NCBI GenBank assembly: GCA_044226015.1
Contig: JBGAHS010000007.1
Location: forward strand, 32,001-96,000
From: Candidatus Obscuribacteraceae bacterium
GTDB lineage: Bacteria; Cyanobacteriota; Vampirovibrionia; Obscuribacterales; Obscuribacteraceae
Direction of reading: 5' to 3'
Length of the DNA stretch: 64,000 nt
Shown piece by piece: positions 20,362 through 31,034 of this stretch. Both the position numbers and the translations under genes were made by a program. Position 1 is the first letter of the stretch; each line of letters begins with the position of its first letter. A model generated the notes under the pieces. That model searched no databases. It saw only the letters and a program-made list of their open reading frames with translations, and was not told the DNA's origin.

Positions 20362-20588
20362 CGTTTGGTCCTCATTTCCTCGGTTGCTTTCGATGTGAAC
20401 AGAATAAGTTTTGATGTGGTCTGATTCGGGACGTATTTGGGTCTTTTTTGGGGCGAACAATTAAATCGAAAATGTTGAAAGTGCCCGGTGATTTCACCGA
20501 GCACTTCGCTGCACTATATATGGTGGCAATGTACATCTCTGACGCGATAACGCCCGAGCCAAGTCATTCTTAGCTCATGAGGCGCTAT

Positions 20589-21635
20589 TTAGCGTGAGCT
20601 AAGAGACTTCTGGAAAAGCCCTTTTGCGACAGTGTTTGCAATCCTTATGGCTGCATCAATGTCTGACGATTCAATACCGTAATGTGTGACAAGCCTTATG
20701 CCCACATCATCAGAAAATGCCAGTAATCCTGCGGCGCACAACTCTGCGCAAAGTTGCCTTGTTGAAACTGTCGGATTTGCAGAGCCAATGAAAACCATAT
20801 TTGTCTCGCAGTGGAGTATTTTGATGCCTTCGATTTTGCTGAGTCCGTCTGCAAGAAGTCTGGCGTTTTCATGGTCTTCTTTCAATCGGTCTACCATCGA
20901 TTTGAGCGCTACAATTCCTGCTGCTGCGACAATGCCAATTTGCCGCATTCCTCCGCCAAGCATCTTTCTGGCACGGCGTGCTTTGAGAATGAATTCTCTT
21001 GTTCCACAAACCATCGAGCCGGCTGGTGCGGCCAGTCCTTTGCTCAAGCAGAATTGAACGCTGTCTACATGTTGAGTAATCGAACTGGCAGGTACGTCGA
21101 GAGCGACTGCTGCGTTAAATAAGCGTGCGCCATCAAGATGCACGAGCATGTTGTGCTGCTCAGCTAGCTCTTTGACTTCTTGCATGTATTGAAGCGGTAA
21201 AACACGACCATACCAGGTATTTTCAATTCCTATGAGCTTTGAGTGAGCGCAATGAATATCGTCTTCATTTATCAGGTCTTCGATTTCTTGAATGTCCATG
21301 CTTCCATCATCTTTTGTTGGAACTATTCGTGAATGAATGCCACCCACTTGTGCGATGCCACCCTGCTCATGAATATGAATGTGACTTAAGCTGCCTAAAA
21401 TCGCTTCGTCGCCGCGGTTGCAGTGCGCTAGAAGAGAAACAAGGTTTCCCATTGTTCCGCTCGCCACAAAGAGAGCCGCTTCTTTCCCTGTCATATTGGC
21501 TGCTAACTCTTCCAGTCTATTTACTGTCGGGTCTTCGCCGAAAACATCATCGCCAACTTCGGCTCTCATCATCGCTTCGCGCATTTGTGGAGATGGATGG
21601 GTGACTGTGTCACTTCGCAAATCTATTTTGTTCAT
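20589..21635 (-). CDS. ltaE: Low-specificity L-threonine aldolase
   Basis: DLRSDTVT, GDDVFGEDPT, SGTMGNL, HLDGARLFNA, CLSKGL (PLP Lys), GGGMRQ. Confidence 0.95.
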   Translation of the reverse strand: MNKIDLRSDTVTHPSPQMREAMMRAEVGDDVFGEDPTVNRLEELAANMTGKEAALFVASGTMGNLVSLLAHCNRGDEAILGSLSHIHIHEQGGIAQVGGIHSRIVPTKDDGSMDIQEIEDLINEDDIHCAHSKLIGIENTWYGRVLPLQYMQEVKELAEQHNMLVHLDGARLFNAAVALDVPASSITQHVDSVQFCLSKGLAAPAGSMVCGTREFILKARRARKMLGGGMRQIGIVAAAGIVALKSMVDRLKEDHENARLLADGLSKIEGIKILHCETNMVFIGSANPTVSTRQLCAELCAAGLLAFSDDVGIRLVTHYGIESSDIDAAIRIANTVAKGLFQKSLSSR

Positions 21636-21661
21636 TTCTTTGACCTTAACTCGCTTTAAAC

Positions 21662-22885
21662 CTAACTGTGAACTGCTTCCTTCTTATGTGTTTCTTGTTC
21701 GTTCAAAATTGATTTTCGTCCGGCTCTGACATAACGCTTTAGGAGTGGAGCTGGTCGGAATCTTTCGCCGTATGCATTGAATAATGTCGTCAATTCTTCC
21801 AGGCATCTATCAAGCCCAATATCTTCAGCCAGGGCAAGCGGTCCCTTTCTCATCCCAAGCCCAGCGACAAGTGCTGGGTCGAGGTCTTCAACTGCGCAAA
21901 CGTGCTCTTGCAGCGCAATGAATGCTTCGTTGATCATTGGAAGAAACAATCTTTCAGCCTGGAATTTGGCTCCGAAACTATTCGTTTTCTTCTTGATCAT
22001 TTCGACCAATTCTTCATTTACCCCTGCGCGTTTTCTTGTTTCGGCATCATACATATAGAAGCCTTTGCCCGTTTTTTGACCCAGCCAATTTTTGTGCACC
22101 ATTTCTTCAAGAATGGGGGCGGGCTTAAATCTTGAGCCGTATTCTTGGAAATTGAATTGGGCGACTGCAAGTCCGATGTCGGCTCCATTCATGTCGCGGA
22201 GTGCTAATGGACCTACAGGCATTACGTATTCAACTGCTGCTTTGTCGATTTCTTCAATACCCGCTACTGCTTCTTCAAGGCACCAGAGAGCTTCCGTCAT
22301 GTATCTGCCGAGCAATCTGTTTACAAGGAATGAAGGGCATTCATCTACGCGCACTGCCAGTTTGTCGAGAGACTGTCCGAATTGAATCGCTCGATTTACA
22401 GTGACATCTGAAGTTTCTAAACCTGGAATTACTTCCACCAGCTTCATGATATTTGCCGGGTTGAAAAAATGAAGCCCCACCACTCTGTCTCTGTGTTCAA
22501 TTGCTGAGGCAATTTCTGAGATGGATAGGCTTGAGGTATTGCTGGCAAGTATTGTGTCTTTGCGGCAATGAAGTTCGAGGTTTTTGAATACGTCTATCTT
22601 TACTTCAATCTTTTCCAGAACTGCTTCGACTACCAAATCAACATTTGAAAGAGCCGAAAACTCCGTTGCCGTTGTAATGAGTTTTCTTCGCTGGTCTGCT
22701 TCGGTCATCGGTAAGCCCTTCTTGACAAGCGATTGCAATATCTTGTCAATTCGCGAAAGCCCGTTTGTGAGCGCCTTCTCATCAATATCTTTCAAAATAA
22801 CGCAGTAACCGTAGTTGGCAAGTGCCACCGCGATTGATGCTCCCATTGTGCCGGCACCGATGACCGCAACTCTGGAAATGTCCAT
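21662..22885 (-). CDS. 3-hydroxyacyl-CoA dehydrogenase with a duplicated C-terminal domain
   Basis: VIGAGTMG, SNTSSL, GLHFFNP, FLVNR, LGQKTGKGFY; AAGGAG RBS before ATG 22885. Confidence 0.9.
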   Translation of the reverse strand: MDISRVAVIGAGTMGASIAVALANYGYCVILKDIDEKALTNGLSRIDKILQSLVKKGLPMTEADQRRKLITTATEFSALSNVDLVVEAVLEKIEVKIDVFKNLELHCRKDTILASNTSSLSISEIASAIEHRDRVVGLHFFNPANIMKLVEVIPGLETSDVTVNRAIQFGQSLDKLAVRVDECPSFLVNRLLGRYMTEALWCLEEAVAGIEEIDKAAVEYVMPVGPLALRDMNGADIGLAVAQFNFQEYGSRFKPAPILEEMVHKNWLGQKTGKGFYMYDAETRKRAGVNEELVEMIKKKTNSFGAKFQAERLFLPMINEAFIALQEHVCAVEDLDPALVAGLGMRKGPLALAEDIGLDRCLEELTTLFNAYGERFRPAPLLKRYVRAGRKSILNEQETHKKEAVHS

Positions 22886-23194
22886 CCTACAACTCCTTCG
22901 GGCTTTTATATCCGTCTCTTTACAATTCAATTGTTACTTTACATTTGTAATTTAATTGCTCTTAGAAACCAGTGTGCTGGATCTCGTCAGAACAAAAGTC
23001 ACTAACATACGATAGCCTTGAATACCCATGAATAGGGGTTTTACGCCGAATAGATTTAATCACTTGATAACTATGTTTTTTTGAAAAAGGGGATAGCTTT
23101 TTTGTAGTGATTCGTTACAATGTAAATGTTGAATATTTGATTAATCGGTTTGGTTGTTTTGGCTAATTAGCTTGCTGATGCAGGGAGGCGGGCT

Positions 23195-23572
23195 ATGTTC
23201 GTTTACTTATTGATCGCGTCTGAATTGGCGATTTTATACACCGTGTTCTGGTACCTCTACTTAAGAGAACCAAGACAAAGTCACAAAATCGCAGGAAATA
23301 CTTGGGGAGCCTATAACGGAGCCCAAAGCACCACCAATGGTGGCGACGCTATGTTCGGTTACGAGATGAGTGCTGCACCATGCTATATGGAACGCGGCCA
23401 ACAAATGCAAGCTAGCGGTGTGAAGCCATTCATGCTGCCAGTGCAAGACGAAATGGTTCTTGACTTGAAGACGAACCACTATGTTCCAGTGAATCGCCCA
23501 CACAGAACCGTGCTAGGCGCACTGATACATCAACTCGACTCTTGTCTTAGCGAGATGAATGTAAGACCTTAG
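23195..23572 (+). CDS. Hypothetical membrane-anchored protein
   Basis: GGGAGG RBS; N-terminal TM; downstream stem-loop plus T-tract near 23608-23642. Confidence 0.65.
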   Translation: MFVYLLIASELAILYTVFWYLYLREPRQSHKIAGNTWGAYNGAQSTTNGGDAMFGYEMSAAPCYMERGQQMQASGVKPFMLPVQDEMVLDLKTNHYVPVNRPHRTVLGALIHQLDSCLSEMNVRP

Positions 23573-23734
23573 TTTTTCTTCTCATTGCTCCATGACTCGA
23601 TGACTCCAAATACGGTGGCCCGCAGCCTCCGTATTTTTTTTTGAGCTGCTCGCGAATTTCTGCTGAGCGGTAGCTGCTCGCGAATTTCTGCGAACTGATT
23701 CCAGGTCATTTGAACTGCAAGCACCTTCTCCGCT

Positions 23735-24301
23735 TTAGTGCCCGCCTGCCTGCATATTCTTCATCATCGCACTCATGTCGGTTGTCTTGTAACCCGCTGG
23801 AAGCTGGAACAATGCCGAGTTTACCGGACCACCTTTGTAACTAATCAATTTCGAAACAGGCTTGCCATTGCTTATAACCAGCACCGAGCATCCGGTGTCA
23901 GTACCCGTCCAGACTTCAGTAGTTATGCCGTTATTGACGCCTCGTTTTCCAGTGCACGGATGCCCATCGATCACTTTGTTTCCAATCGATTGCCATTTGG
24001 CTGTGGTGTCGTCTTCTGGACGCCCGCTGAAAGGCATTTTCATGATCGTTTTGTTTTGATCATCGATTGAGTACATAACTTTGTTTTGGAAATCTAGAAT
24101 GCTGGCTCTCTTCACACCCGCAACTGTAGTTTCCGAGCGCATGTGTCCTTTTCCATCGTTGTATGTGTGTGAACTTGTATTAGTTCCGACATTGTCCACA
24201 GTTGCTTCGTAAGGCTTGTCCGGATAGGAAGGCGCTGCCATGACTGGAGCCGCGACAAAACAAAGCGCTGTAAAGGAAAGAACAAAATTCTTGCTTCTCA
24301 T
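23735..24301 (-). CDS. Exported DUF4412-like protein
   Basis: Signal peptide; G.KVIDGHPC…EVW…LFQLPAGY pattern. Confidence 0.65.
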   Translation of the reverse strand: MRSKNFVLSFTALCFVAAPVMAAPSYPDKPYEATVDNVGTNTSSHTYNDGKGHMRSETTVAGVKRASILDFQNKVMYSIDDQNKTIMKMPFSGRPEDDTTAKWQSIGNKVIDGHPCTGKRGVNNGITTEVWTGTDTGCSVLVISNGKPVSKLISYKGGPVNSALFQLPAGYKTTDMSAMMKNMQAGGH

Positions 24302-24359
24302 TTTTTTCTCCGATTTTTCTTTTGCGATTTTTTAGTTGTTCTGTTTTCGTAGATTTATC

Positions 24360-25040
24360 TCATTTTTCTGCAGGTTCAGGAGCTGGCTCTGTTTTTGCTG
24401 CTGAGTTTTCTTCGACGGATTTGCAGGTGTCGACTACAATTTCAACTCGTCTGTTTTTTGCACGACCCTCTGGAAAGTCGCTGCCATCTGGGTTTTGATT
24501 TCTAGCTACGGGATGTTTTTCGCCTAAGCCTTCACATGTTATTGCCGCTTGGGTGCAAATATGATTTTCAAGCAGCCAGTTTTTCACTTGCTCTGCACGG
24601 CGTTCGGACAACTTCTGGTTGTAGTCATCGCTACCTTTCGAATCTGTATGTCCTTCTACTTTAATCGGATGGACTCCAAGCTTCATAATCATTGGTTTCA
24701 GCACGCTTAGCGTTTCGAGCGCATATTTGTTAAGCGTGGATTTATCAAAATCAAAAAGCGTGTCTGCGCCAACGGTAAATCGCTGCGAGCAGTCCTCTTT
24801 CTTTGTGGAGATGGCTTTGATGCCTCTTGGAACTTGTATTTCACCGGCTTTCTGGATTTCGCCGGGTTTCTGAATCTCGCCTGGAGTTTGCCACTTATTG
24901 TGAAGGTACTTCTTGTCTATGTTTTCCCAGTTCTTGTTTATTCTGTCCACATCATTGCCTTGTGCAAACGCACCCTGGCAGTGGCTCGCGAGCAATAAGA
25001 GCAGTGCAAGGTTTAATCCTTGCTTCAAGCGACATTGCAT
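24360..25040 (-). CDS. OmpA-family peptidoglycan-binding protein
   Basis: LFDFDKS, VEGHTDSKGSDDYNQKLSERRA, GRAKNRRVEI. Confidence 0.92.
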   Translation of the reverse strand: MQCRLKQGLNLALLLLLASHCQGAFAQGNDVDRINKNWENIDKKYLHNKWQTPGEIQKPGEIQKAGEIQVPRGIKAISTKKEDCSQRFTVGADTLFDFDKSTLNKYALETLSVLKPMIMKLGVHPIKVEGHTDSKGSDDYNQKLSERRAEQVKNWLLENHICTQAAITCEGLGEKHPVARNQNPDGSDFPEGRAKNRRVEIVVDTCKSVEENSAAKTEPAPEPAEK

Positions 25041-25184
25041 TTAACGTTCCCCCAAGCAAATCAGAATTAGTCTGAATGTACCCCGCTATGACATAGACTA
25101 GCCGCTGCAAAAAAATTAGGGTTGCAATGAAGGACAATGGATTAAATTGACGATATCCTTTTTTGAGGACGAAGGGCAAACGGT

Positions 25185-26174
25185 TTGAATTCAGAAAGAA
25201 AGATTCTCGTTTCCATTAAGGGTGTGAAAAAACACTTTCCCATCCGAAAGGGACTTTTCAACAAGCAAGTGGGTGCTGTTCGCGCGCTCGATGGCGTCGA
25301 TTTGACCGTTTATGCTGGTGAAACCATCGGCTTGGTCGGCGAGTCAGGCTGCGGCAAGAGCACACTGGGTCGTGTGATTTTGCGCTTGCAGGAAGCGACG
25401 GAAGGCACCGTGAATGTTGATGGTGTCGATGTTCACACAGCAAGTTCGAAAGCGCTAAAAGAACTGCGACGACACATGCAAATCGTCTTTCAAAATCCTT
25501 ACGCTAGCCTCGACCCGCGTATGACCATTGCCGAGAGCATCGCAGAGCCCCTTGAAGTTCACGGTGTTGCAAAAGGCCCTGAATTGCAAAAGCAAATCAA
25601 AGAGCTGATGAACCTGGTCGGCTTGTCTGAGGCGATGTACGATCGCTATCCGCACGAATTTTCGGGAGGACAGCGTCAGCGTGTTGGCATCGCGCGAGCG
25701 CTAGCCTTAAAACCACGTCTAGTCATTCTTGATGAACCTGTTTCTGCTCTCGATGTTAGCGTGCAGGCTCAGATATTGAATCTTTTGATTGATTTGCGTA
25801 AAGAGTTCAATCTCACCTACATTTTCATTGCGCATAATCTCGATGTAGTGCGATACATAAGTGACAGAATCGCAGTTATGTATCTTGGCAAAATTGTTGA
25901 ACTAGGAGCGTGCGATGAGGTTTATCGTAAGCCTCTTCATCCGTATAGCAAGGCATTGATAAGCGCGGCGCCGATTCCCGACCCTGATGCCGACTTGAGT
26001 TCGCGAATAATATTGCAAGGCGATCTGCCGAGCCCGGCGTCTCCACCGGCAGGGTGCAGATTCAATACTCGTTGTCCTCTGGCAGAAGAGAAGTGTCGCC
26101 AGGACGAACCAGCTTTTAGAGAAATTGAGCCAGGTCACTTTTCTGCCTGCCATTTCGCTGAAAAATTGCTCTAG
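25185..26174 (+). CDS. Oligopeptide/dipeptide ABC transporter ATP-binding protein (OppF/DppF-like)
   Basis: [43 protein letters not shown]…ACH; the rest of the transporter is not adjacent. Confidence 0.92.
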   Translation: MNSERKILVSIKGVKKHFPIRKGLFNKQVGAVRALDGVDLTVYAGETIGLVGESGCGKSTLGRVILRLQEATEGTVNVDGVDVHTASSKALKELRRHMQIVFQNPYASLDPRMTIAESIAEPLEVHGVAKGPELQKQIKELMNLVGLSEAMYDRYPHEFSGGQRQRVGIARALALKPRLVILDEPVSALDVSVQAQILNLLIDLRKEFNLTYIFIAHNLDVVRYISDRIAVMYLGKIVELGACDEVYRKPLHPYSKALISAAPIPDPDADLSSRIILQGDLPSPASPPAGCRFNTRCPLAEEKCRQDEPAFREIEPGHFSACHFAEKLL

Positions 26175-26269
26175 CATGAAATTGCTAAAGGCAGACTTGC
26201 AAATTAATATTCCGATGATCTTCAATAGGGAATAACTTCGATAGCTCGTTTTGTATCCGGGTGCGGTAG

Positions 26270-27271
26270 ATGTCCTCTTTTTCACGTCAACTTGCTCTAT
26301 TGTCTTTAACCGCAGGTTTCTTCTTCTCTTCTGCGTCAACGTATGCCGCAGATGTGCGCGGCTGGGTCTTGCTACAAGAACAACCACATACTGGACTTTG
26401 GAATATTTATCTATCTGCGGCAGGAATGGCTGCAGTCAATAAGAAGATGGGCTGCACTCTTGTAACCAAAGCGCCCCAATGGAACGTCGTTATGTACAAC
26501 GACAAGACGAAAGTCTACTTTCTTTCACCCTTGTCAGAATGGAAAGGTGCTTCGTTGAAGGCCGCTTCGTCTGGTAAATCGGCGGCTAAGCAGTCTGCCT
26601 ACAAGCAGATGCTAGTGGAAAAGAAACCAAAGAAATTGCAGGATGGCAAAATTCTCGGACACAAGGCTTCTCAATATTTGACCGACAACCTCGCTTCAAC
26701 TGGATTGAAAAAGGTTGAGTTTTGGGTCACACCAGATGTGCAAGCGCCGCCTGAATTGAAGACAGTCTTTTCGAAAATATATGGTGTAGGACTTTCAAGC
26801 ATGGCTGGACTGCCGCTAAAGGTTTCCTATATCGATGAAAACGGCAAGCGAACTCCTGTATTTAATACACTTGAAATAGCGGACAAACAAATTCCGCTTT
26901 CAAACTTTACCTATCCATCAAGCTACAAACGAGTTGATAGCGAAATCGCTGTTCTCATGGACGAGAAGGGGCGTGAAGCTATGTCTAGCATCATGGACGA
27001 TATTGGCGAAGGGCAAGAAGGCGAAGATGTTAATGACCTCCTTGATGCGCCAAAAAAGAAGAAATACAAGAGTCCTTACCCAAATTCTGGTTCTGCTGAT
27101 GCCACTCCAGATGGTGGCGAAGACAAAGAGCCAAAGGAAAAAGAAGCTTCGGCTAATAATGGCGATTGGTTTAAGCAGATATTGGATGGTATTTGCTCAT
27201 TTCTGCGATCACTCGGTCTGCCTGTGGGCAAGGATGAAAACGCAGAGACTGAGTCTGGCGACGTGCCGTAA
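26270..27271 (+). CDS. Exported hypothetical protein (DUF4412-like) with an acidic tail
   Basis: Signal peptide; KILGHKASQY…EFW…GLPL…FTYPSSY pattern. Confidence 0.6.
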   Translation: MSSFSRQLALLSLTAGFFFSSASTYAADVRGWVLLQEQPHTGLWNIYLSAAGMAAVNKKMGCTLVTKAPQWNVVMYNDKTKVYFLSPLSEWKGASLKAASSGKSAAKQSAYKQMLVEKKPKKLQDGKILGHKASQYLTDNLASTGLKKVEFWVTPDVQAPPELKTVFSKIYGVGLSSMAGLPLKVSYIDENGKRTPVFNTLEIADKQIPLSNFTYPSSYKRVDSEIAVLMDEKGREAMSSIMDDIGEGQEGEDVNDLLDAPKKKKYKSPYPNSGSADATPDGGEDKEPKEKEASANNGDWFKQILDGICSFLRSLGLPVGKDENAETESGDVP

Positions 27272-27293
27272 CCCTGATTTCGCCCAAGCGTCT

Positions 27294-29279
27294 CTATTGA
27301 TACTCTGGCAGAGTATTAGATTGCGGATTCTCTTTCGCTTTCTGTGCGGCTTCTGCTTCTAGTTTAATGCACTCAGCAAGAGAAGTTTTGATACCAGGAA
27401 GCTTTGGACAGTTGCCACCAATCAGTTCCTGGTACACCTTCATTGCTGTCTCGTAGCTTTCTTTTGCTTCAGCAAAGGTACGCTGTGCATCATCGTAAGC
27501 TTTCTTTGAAGAAACATCTTTTCCCCATTCCATATAGAGATTGGCGAGGTCGACTCTCGCGTCAGCTACTCCGAGTGAATCTTGCCCCTGCGAGTCTTCT
27601 CTGATAGAAACTAGTTTTATTCTTGCATCTTCCGCTTCTGCAAAGTGCCTTTGCTTTTCATAGGTTTCTGCAAGCGCCTGGTACAAAATAATTAGCCCTG
27701 GGTCTGTTGGTCCAATGTATTTTTCCAACTCTTTGATGCCCGCTTTGAGTGCGGTTTCTGGACCCTTCAATACATTTTGTTGTTCAAGATTTCTCAGCTG
27801 CGATACTGGAGTGTAAGCGAGAATTTGCGCTGCTTTGAAGCGCATCACATCTTCAGGCGTGAGTCCTTTCACCTTCTGAAAAAGTTTGCGGGCCGGCGCG
27901 TAGCGCTCTTGCTCTTCGTATATCCATGCTAGCTTTTCCAGAGTGTCTAGATATTTAGGGTCTTCATCGCCATAAAGATCTTTTGCAATTTTTCCAGCTT
28001 CAAAGAAGCGCTTTTCTGCTTTTTTGAGATCGGCTCTACGATAGGCTTCCTGCGCTTCCTTACGCAAATTGACCCACTGTGTGTCTTTATCGCCCATCAT
28101 TATGACGTTCACAACAAGGGCAATTCCAAGAATTCCTGCAGCGCAGAAACCAGCTATTCGTCCCCGTCTGATCCACTTCTCGTTTTTCTTGCGCGCACGT
28201 TTTAACTGCGATTGTATACTCTGAAGTCGTGCACCAAGTGTTCGTGTGTCCTTCGCACCTTCTATCGTCATCAAAATAGCATCGCGAAGTTCTGCCATTG
28301 ATTGGAAACGTGCATCAGGCTCTTTTTCCAGCGCTCGCATTACAATTGCTTCGAGCTTCGATGGAATCTTCAGGTCTGGTCTGGCAACGCTGAATTTTGC
28401 TGGCGGCTCATTTATATGCTTGTGCATCGTCTCAAGCACATGCTCGCCTGAGAATGGTGGTCTGCCGATCAACGACTCATACATTACGCAGCCCATTGCG
28501 TAAATATCCGTGCGCTCATCCAGGGCTTTTCCGAGGAACTGCTCTGGGCTCATGTAGAGCGGGCTTCCAAACAGTTCACCAGTTTGCGTTAAGTTCTGAG
28601 ATTGCTTTCCAGAGTGTGGAAGTAATTTTGCAATACCGAAGTCAACGATCTTGACGAAGTCGGGGTCTTCTCTGTTTTGCACTACCATGATGTTACTTGG
28701 TTTCAAGTCACGGTGAATAACACCCTTGGTGTGGGCGACATGAAGCGCATCGCAGGTTTGAGCGAAGATGTGAATTGCTCGAGAGTATTCCAGTCCGTTG
28801 GAATCATCGATGGTGGCAGAAAGGCTCTTCCCTGAAAGGAAGTCCATGATTAAAAAGGGCTGCCCAGCCTCGGAAATACCAAAGTCGTAAGCCGTAATTA
28901 CGTTTGGATGGTTAATCGCGCTTGCCGCACGAGCTTCTTGTTGAAATCGTTGGATGCTTGCCTGGTCTTGAATTAAGTGCGCATGTAACATTTTGATGGC
29001 GACAGTTCTTTCCATCAAAACGTCGCGGGCTTTGTACACGCAGCCCATACCGCCTTTTCCGACAACTTCTTGAATCTGGTAAGTGTTATTGAGAAGTTCG
29101 CCTATGTACGGGTCTTTGGCCGGAGCCTGAGCTCTGAGTCGCGACGGCAGTGAATTGTCGCAGGCGCAAACAGCGTTTTCACCAACAAGCTCTAACCCAC
29201 ATTCGGCACAAGTTCTAATACTTTGCCCAAGGTTGGTATCGATTTTCTGTTCGCTCTGGGTTTGATCTAACATCTGCAC
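27294..29279 (-). CDS. Hanks-type Ser/Thr protein kinase with TM and TPR domains
   Basis: GKGGMGCVY, VAIK, HRDLKPSN, DFGIAK, GSPLYMSPEQ; N-terminal Cys cluster; TM helix, then TPRs. Confidence 0.93.
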   Translation of the reverse strand: MQMLDQTQSEQKIDTNLGQSIRTCAECGLELVGENAVCACDNSLPSRLRAQAPAKDPYIGELLNNTYQIQEVVGKGGMGCVYKARDVLMERTVAIKMLHAHLIQDQASIQRFQQEARAASAINHPNVITAYDFGISEAGQPFLIMDFLSGKSLSATIDDSNGLEYSRAIHIFAQTCDALHVAHTKGVIHRDLKPSNIMVVQNREDPDFVKIVDFGIAKLLPHSGKQSQNLTQTGELFGSPLYMSPEQFLGKALDERTDIYAMGCVMYESLIGRPPFSGEHVLETMHKHINEPPAKFSVARPDLKIPSKLEAIVMRALEKEPDARFQSMAELRDAILMTIEGAKDTRTLGARLQSIQSQLKRARKKNEKWIRRGRIAGFCAAGILGIALVVNVIMMGDKDTQWVNLRKEAQEAYRRADLKKAEKRFFEAGKIAKDLYGDEDPKYLDTLEKLAWIYEEQERYAPARKLFQKVKGLTPEDVMRFKAAQILAYTPVSQLRNLEQQNVLKGPETALKAGIKELEKYIGPTDPGLIILYQALAETYEKQRHFAEAEDARIKLVSIREDSQGQDSLGVADARVDLANLYMEWGKDVSSKKAYDDAQRTFAEAKESYETAMKVYQELIGGNCPKLPGIKTSLAECIKLEAEAAQKAKENPQSNTLPEYQ

Positions 29280-29344
29280 GGCCTGAAACCAGACGTTAAC
29301 AATATTCCCATTAATCTGGCAAAGTCACCTGATCTCTCAAACCT

Positions 29345-31009
29345 TTACCAATCGGGTAATTGCCAGTATCTGACGCTTTTGTCATCAGTGCCGGTGACCA
29401 TGAAATGCCCATCGGGCGAAAATGAAACCGCCCAGACACCACTATTTATTGATTTGAATTCGCCTGAAGCATCGCCCGTTGCAAGGTTCCAGGCTCTGCA
29501 GGTTTTGTCGAGGCTGCCACTTATAGCTTTCGAGCCATCCGCTGAGAATGAAGCCTTAAGGACCCAATCGGTATGCCCCGTCATTCTTTTACTTAAGGAT
29601 TTTGAGTCGATGTCCCAGACAATTATGTTTGTATCTTTGCCAGATGTGATGGCTCTTTTGCCATCGGGAGAAAAAGCTGCTGTCAGAACAGCGTCACTGT
29701 GACCTGTCATATTCGCTATCTCTTTGCCCGCATCGAGATCCCAAACTCTGACAGTTTTGTCGTCTCCTGCTGAGATTGCCTTTTTGCCATCAGGAGAAAT
29801 TGCAATAGCTCTAACTGCTTCTTTGTGACCGTTAAGCTCGAAAACTAAAGTGCCCTGGTCGAGGTCCCAATACCTGATGGCACCATCAAAGCACCCTGAA
29901 ATGCCTCGCTTTGCATCAGAAGAAATGGCAACACAATTCACCATATTGGTGTGTCCGACCAGTTTCTTTATCTCTTTTCCGTCAGCCAATGACCATACAC
30001 GCACAGTTTTGTCGTCACCACCGGTAATGGCAGTCTTTCCTGAGACTGCGCAGGCTGTCACTACCCCATCGTGTCCCACCAATTCTTGCAATTGTTGCCC
30101 CGATGAGAGATCCCAATATCTTGCGGTCTTGTCTTCGCTTGCTGAGAGTGCATGCGTGTTATCATCGCCAAATGCTAGCGATTTCAGCCAACCGATGTGC
30201 CCATTGATACGACGAATTTCAGTCAGATCTTTCACGCTAGTTGTACTTGCTGCTGGTGTCACAGACGGTATCATTGCCGTTTGATCGCTGCCTGCTGTTT
30301 TGACCTCAGGAACGGGACTACTGCTTGAAGTTGTTCCAGTGCTTGTGCTGCTGTCTGTAGCAGGAGTAAGGGAGCCACTTCCTGTCGCCGACGCAGCTGA
30401 GCTGCCAGTTGCCGCTGAAGAATCAGTGGCGGAGGTTGCACCGGCAGTAGTACCCCTCGGATTGTCAAAGTCGTCGCCGTTTTTGGCTTCAGTTTTCTCG
30501 CCTGCTGAACCTGCAGCACTCGGAGTGCTACTTGCGGGAGTGGCTGGGGGAGCGGCTACAGCTGCTGTCTCTCCTGTGGCTGGCGGCGGGGATGCTGGAG
30601 CTGTGGTGCCGGTTGCCGTGGCAGGTGTGGTGCTGGTTGCAGCAGCAGTTGAGCTTGAACTCGCACTCGGCAACTGATTAATGCGCTGTACAATCTTATC
30701 CGCTTCGTCATTCTTATTTTGCTTTCTATAAACTTTTTCGAGCAATGAGAGGCTTTGCTTCAGCATAGATTGTCCACTTGCAAGCTTCTCTGCTTCCGAG
30801 ATTGCTTCTAAGAGATTCTTCTCTGCCCCGACATAATCGGCGTCGTTGAACATCGAGTTGCCCATGTCCTGGTAAGTTTTCCAAATAGCATTTTGTGCTT
30901 GGGCCGGAATGCTAAATGCCAGCGGCAAAAGTGATAAGGTCATTGCTAATACACAAAGTGGCTTATTCACTCGCTTTGCAAAAAGTTTGATTGACATACA
31001 TTTTTCCAA
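29345..31009 (-). CDS. Exported WD40-repeat protein
   Basis: Signal peptide (AQA-Q), TPR-like helix pair, Ser/Thr/Ala linker, about seven GH…WD repeats. Confidence 0.9.
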   Translation of the reverse strand: MEKCMSIKLFAKRVNKPLCVLAMTLSLLPLAFSIPAQAQNAIWKTYQDMGNSMFNDADYVGAEKNLLEAISEAEKLASGQSMLKQSLSLLEKVYRKQNKNDEADKIVQRINQLPSASSSSTAAATSTTPATATGTTAPASPPPATGETAAVAAPPATPASSTPSAAGSAGEKTEAKNGDDFDNPRGTTAGATSATDSSAATGSSAASATGSGSLTPATDSSTSTGTTSSSSPVPEVKTAGSDQTAMIPSVTPAASTTSVKDLTEIRRINGHIGWLKSLAFGDDNTHALSASEDKTARYWDLSSGQQLQELVGHDGVVTACAVSGKTAITGGDDKTVRVWSLADGKEIKKLVGHTNMVNCVAISSDAKRGISGCFDGAIRYWDLDQGTLVFELNGHKEAVRAIAISPDGKKAISAGDDKTVRVWDLDAGKEIANMTGHSDAVLTAAFSPDGKRAITSGKDTNIIVWDIDSKSLSKRMTGHTDWVLKASFSADGSKAISGSLDKTCRAWNLATGDASGEFKSINSGVWAVSFSPDGHFMVTGTDDKSVRYWQLPDW

Positions 31010-31034
31010 TCGTGCTGAGATTTCAATTCAGTGT

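Noticed and set aside
23104..23118. NtcA-like box
   Set aside because: Spacing is GTA-N9-TAC, not N8.
23644..23691. 20-bp direct repeat AGCTGCTCGCGAATTTCTGC x2
   Set aside because: Only two copies between convergent genes; likely a local duplication with no supporting context.
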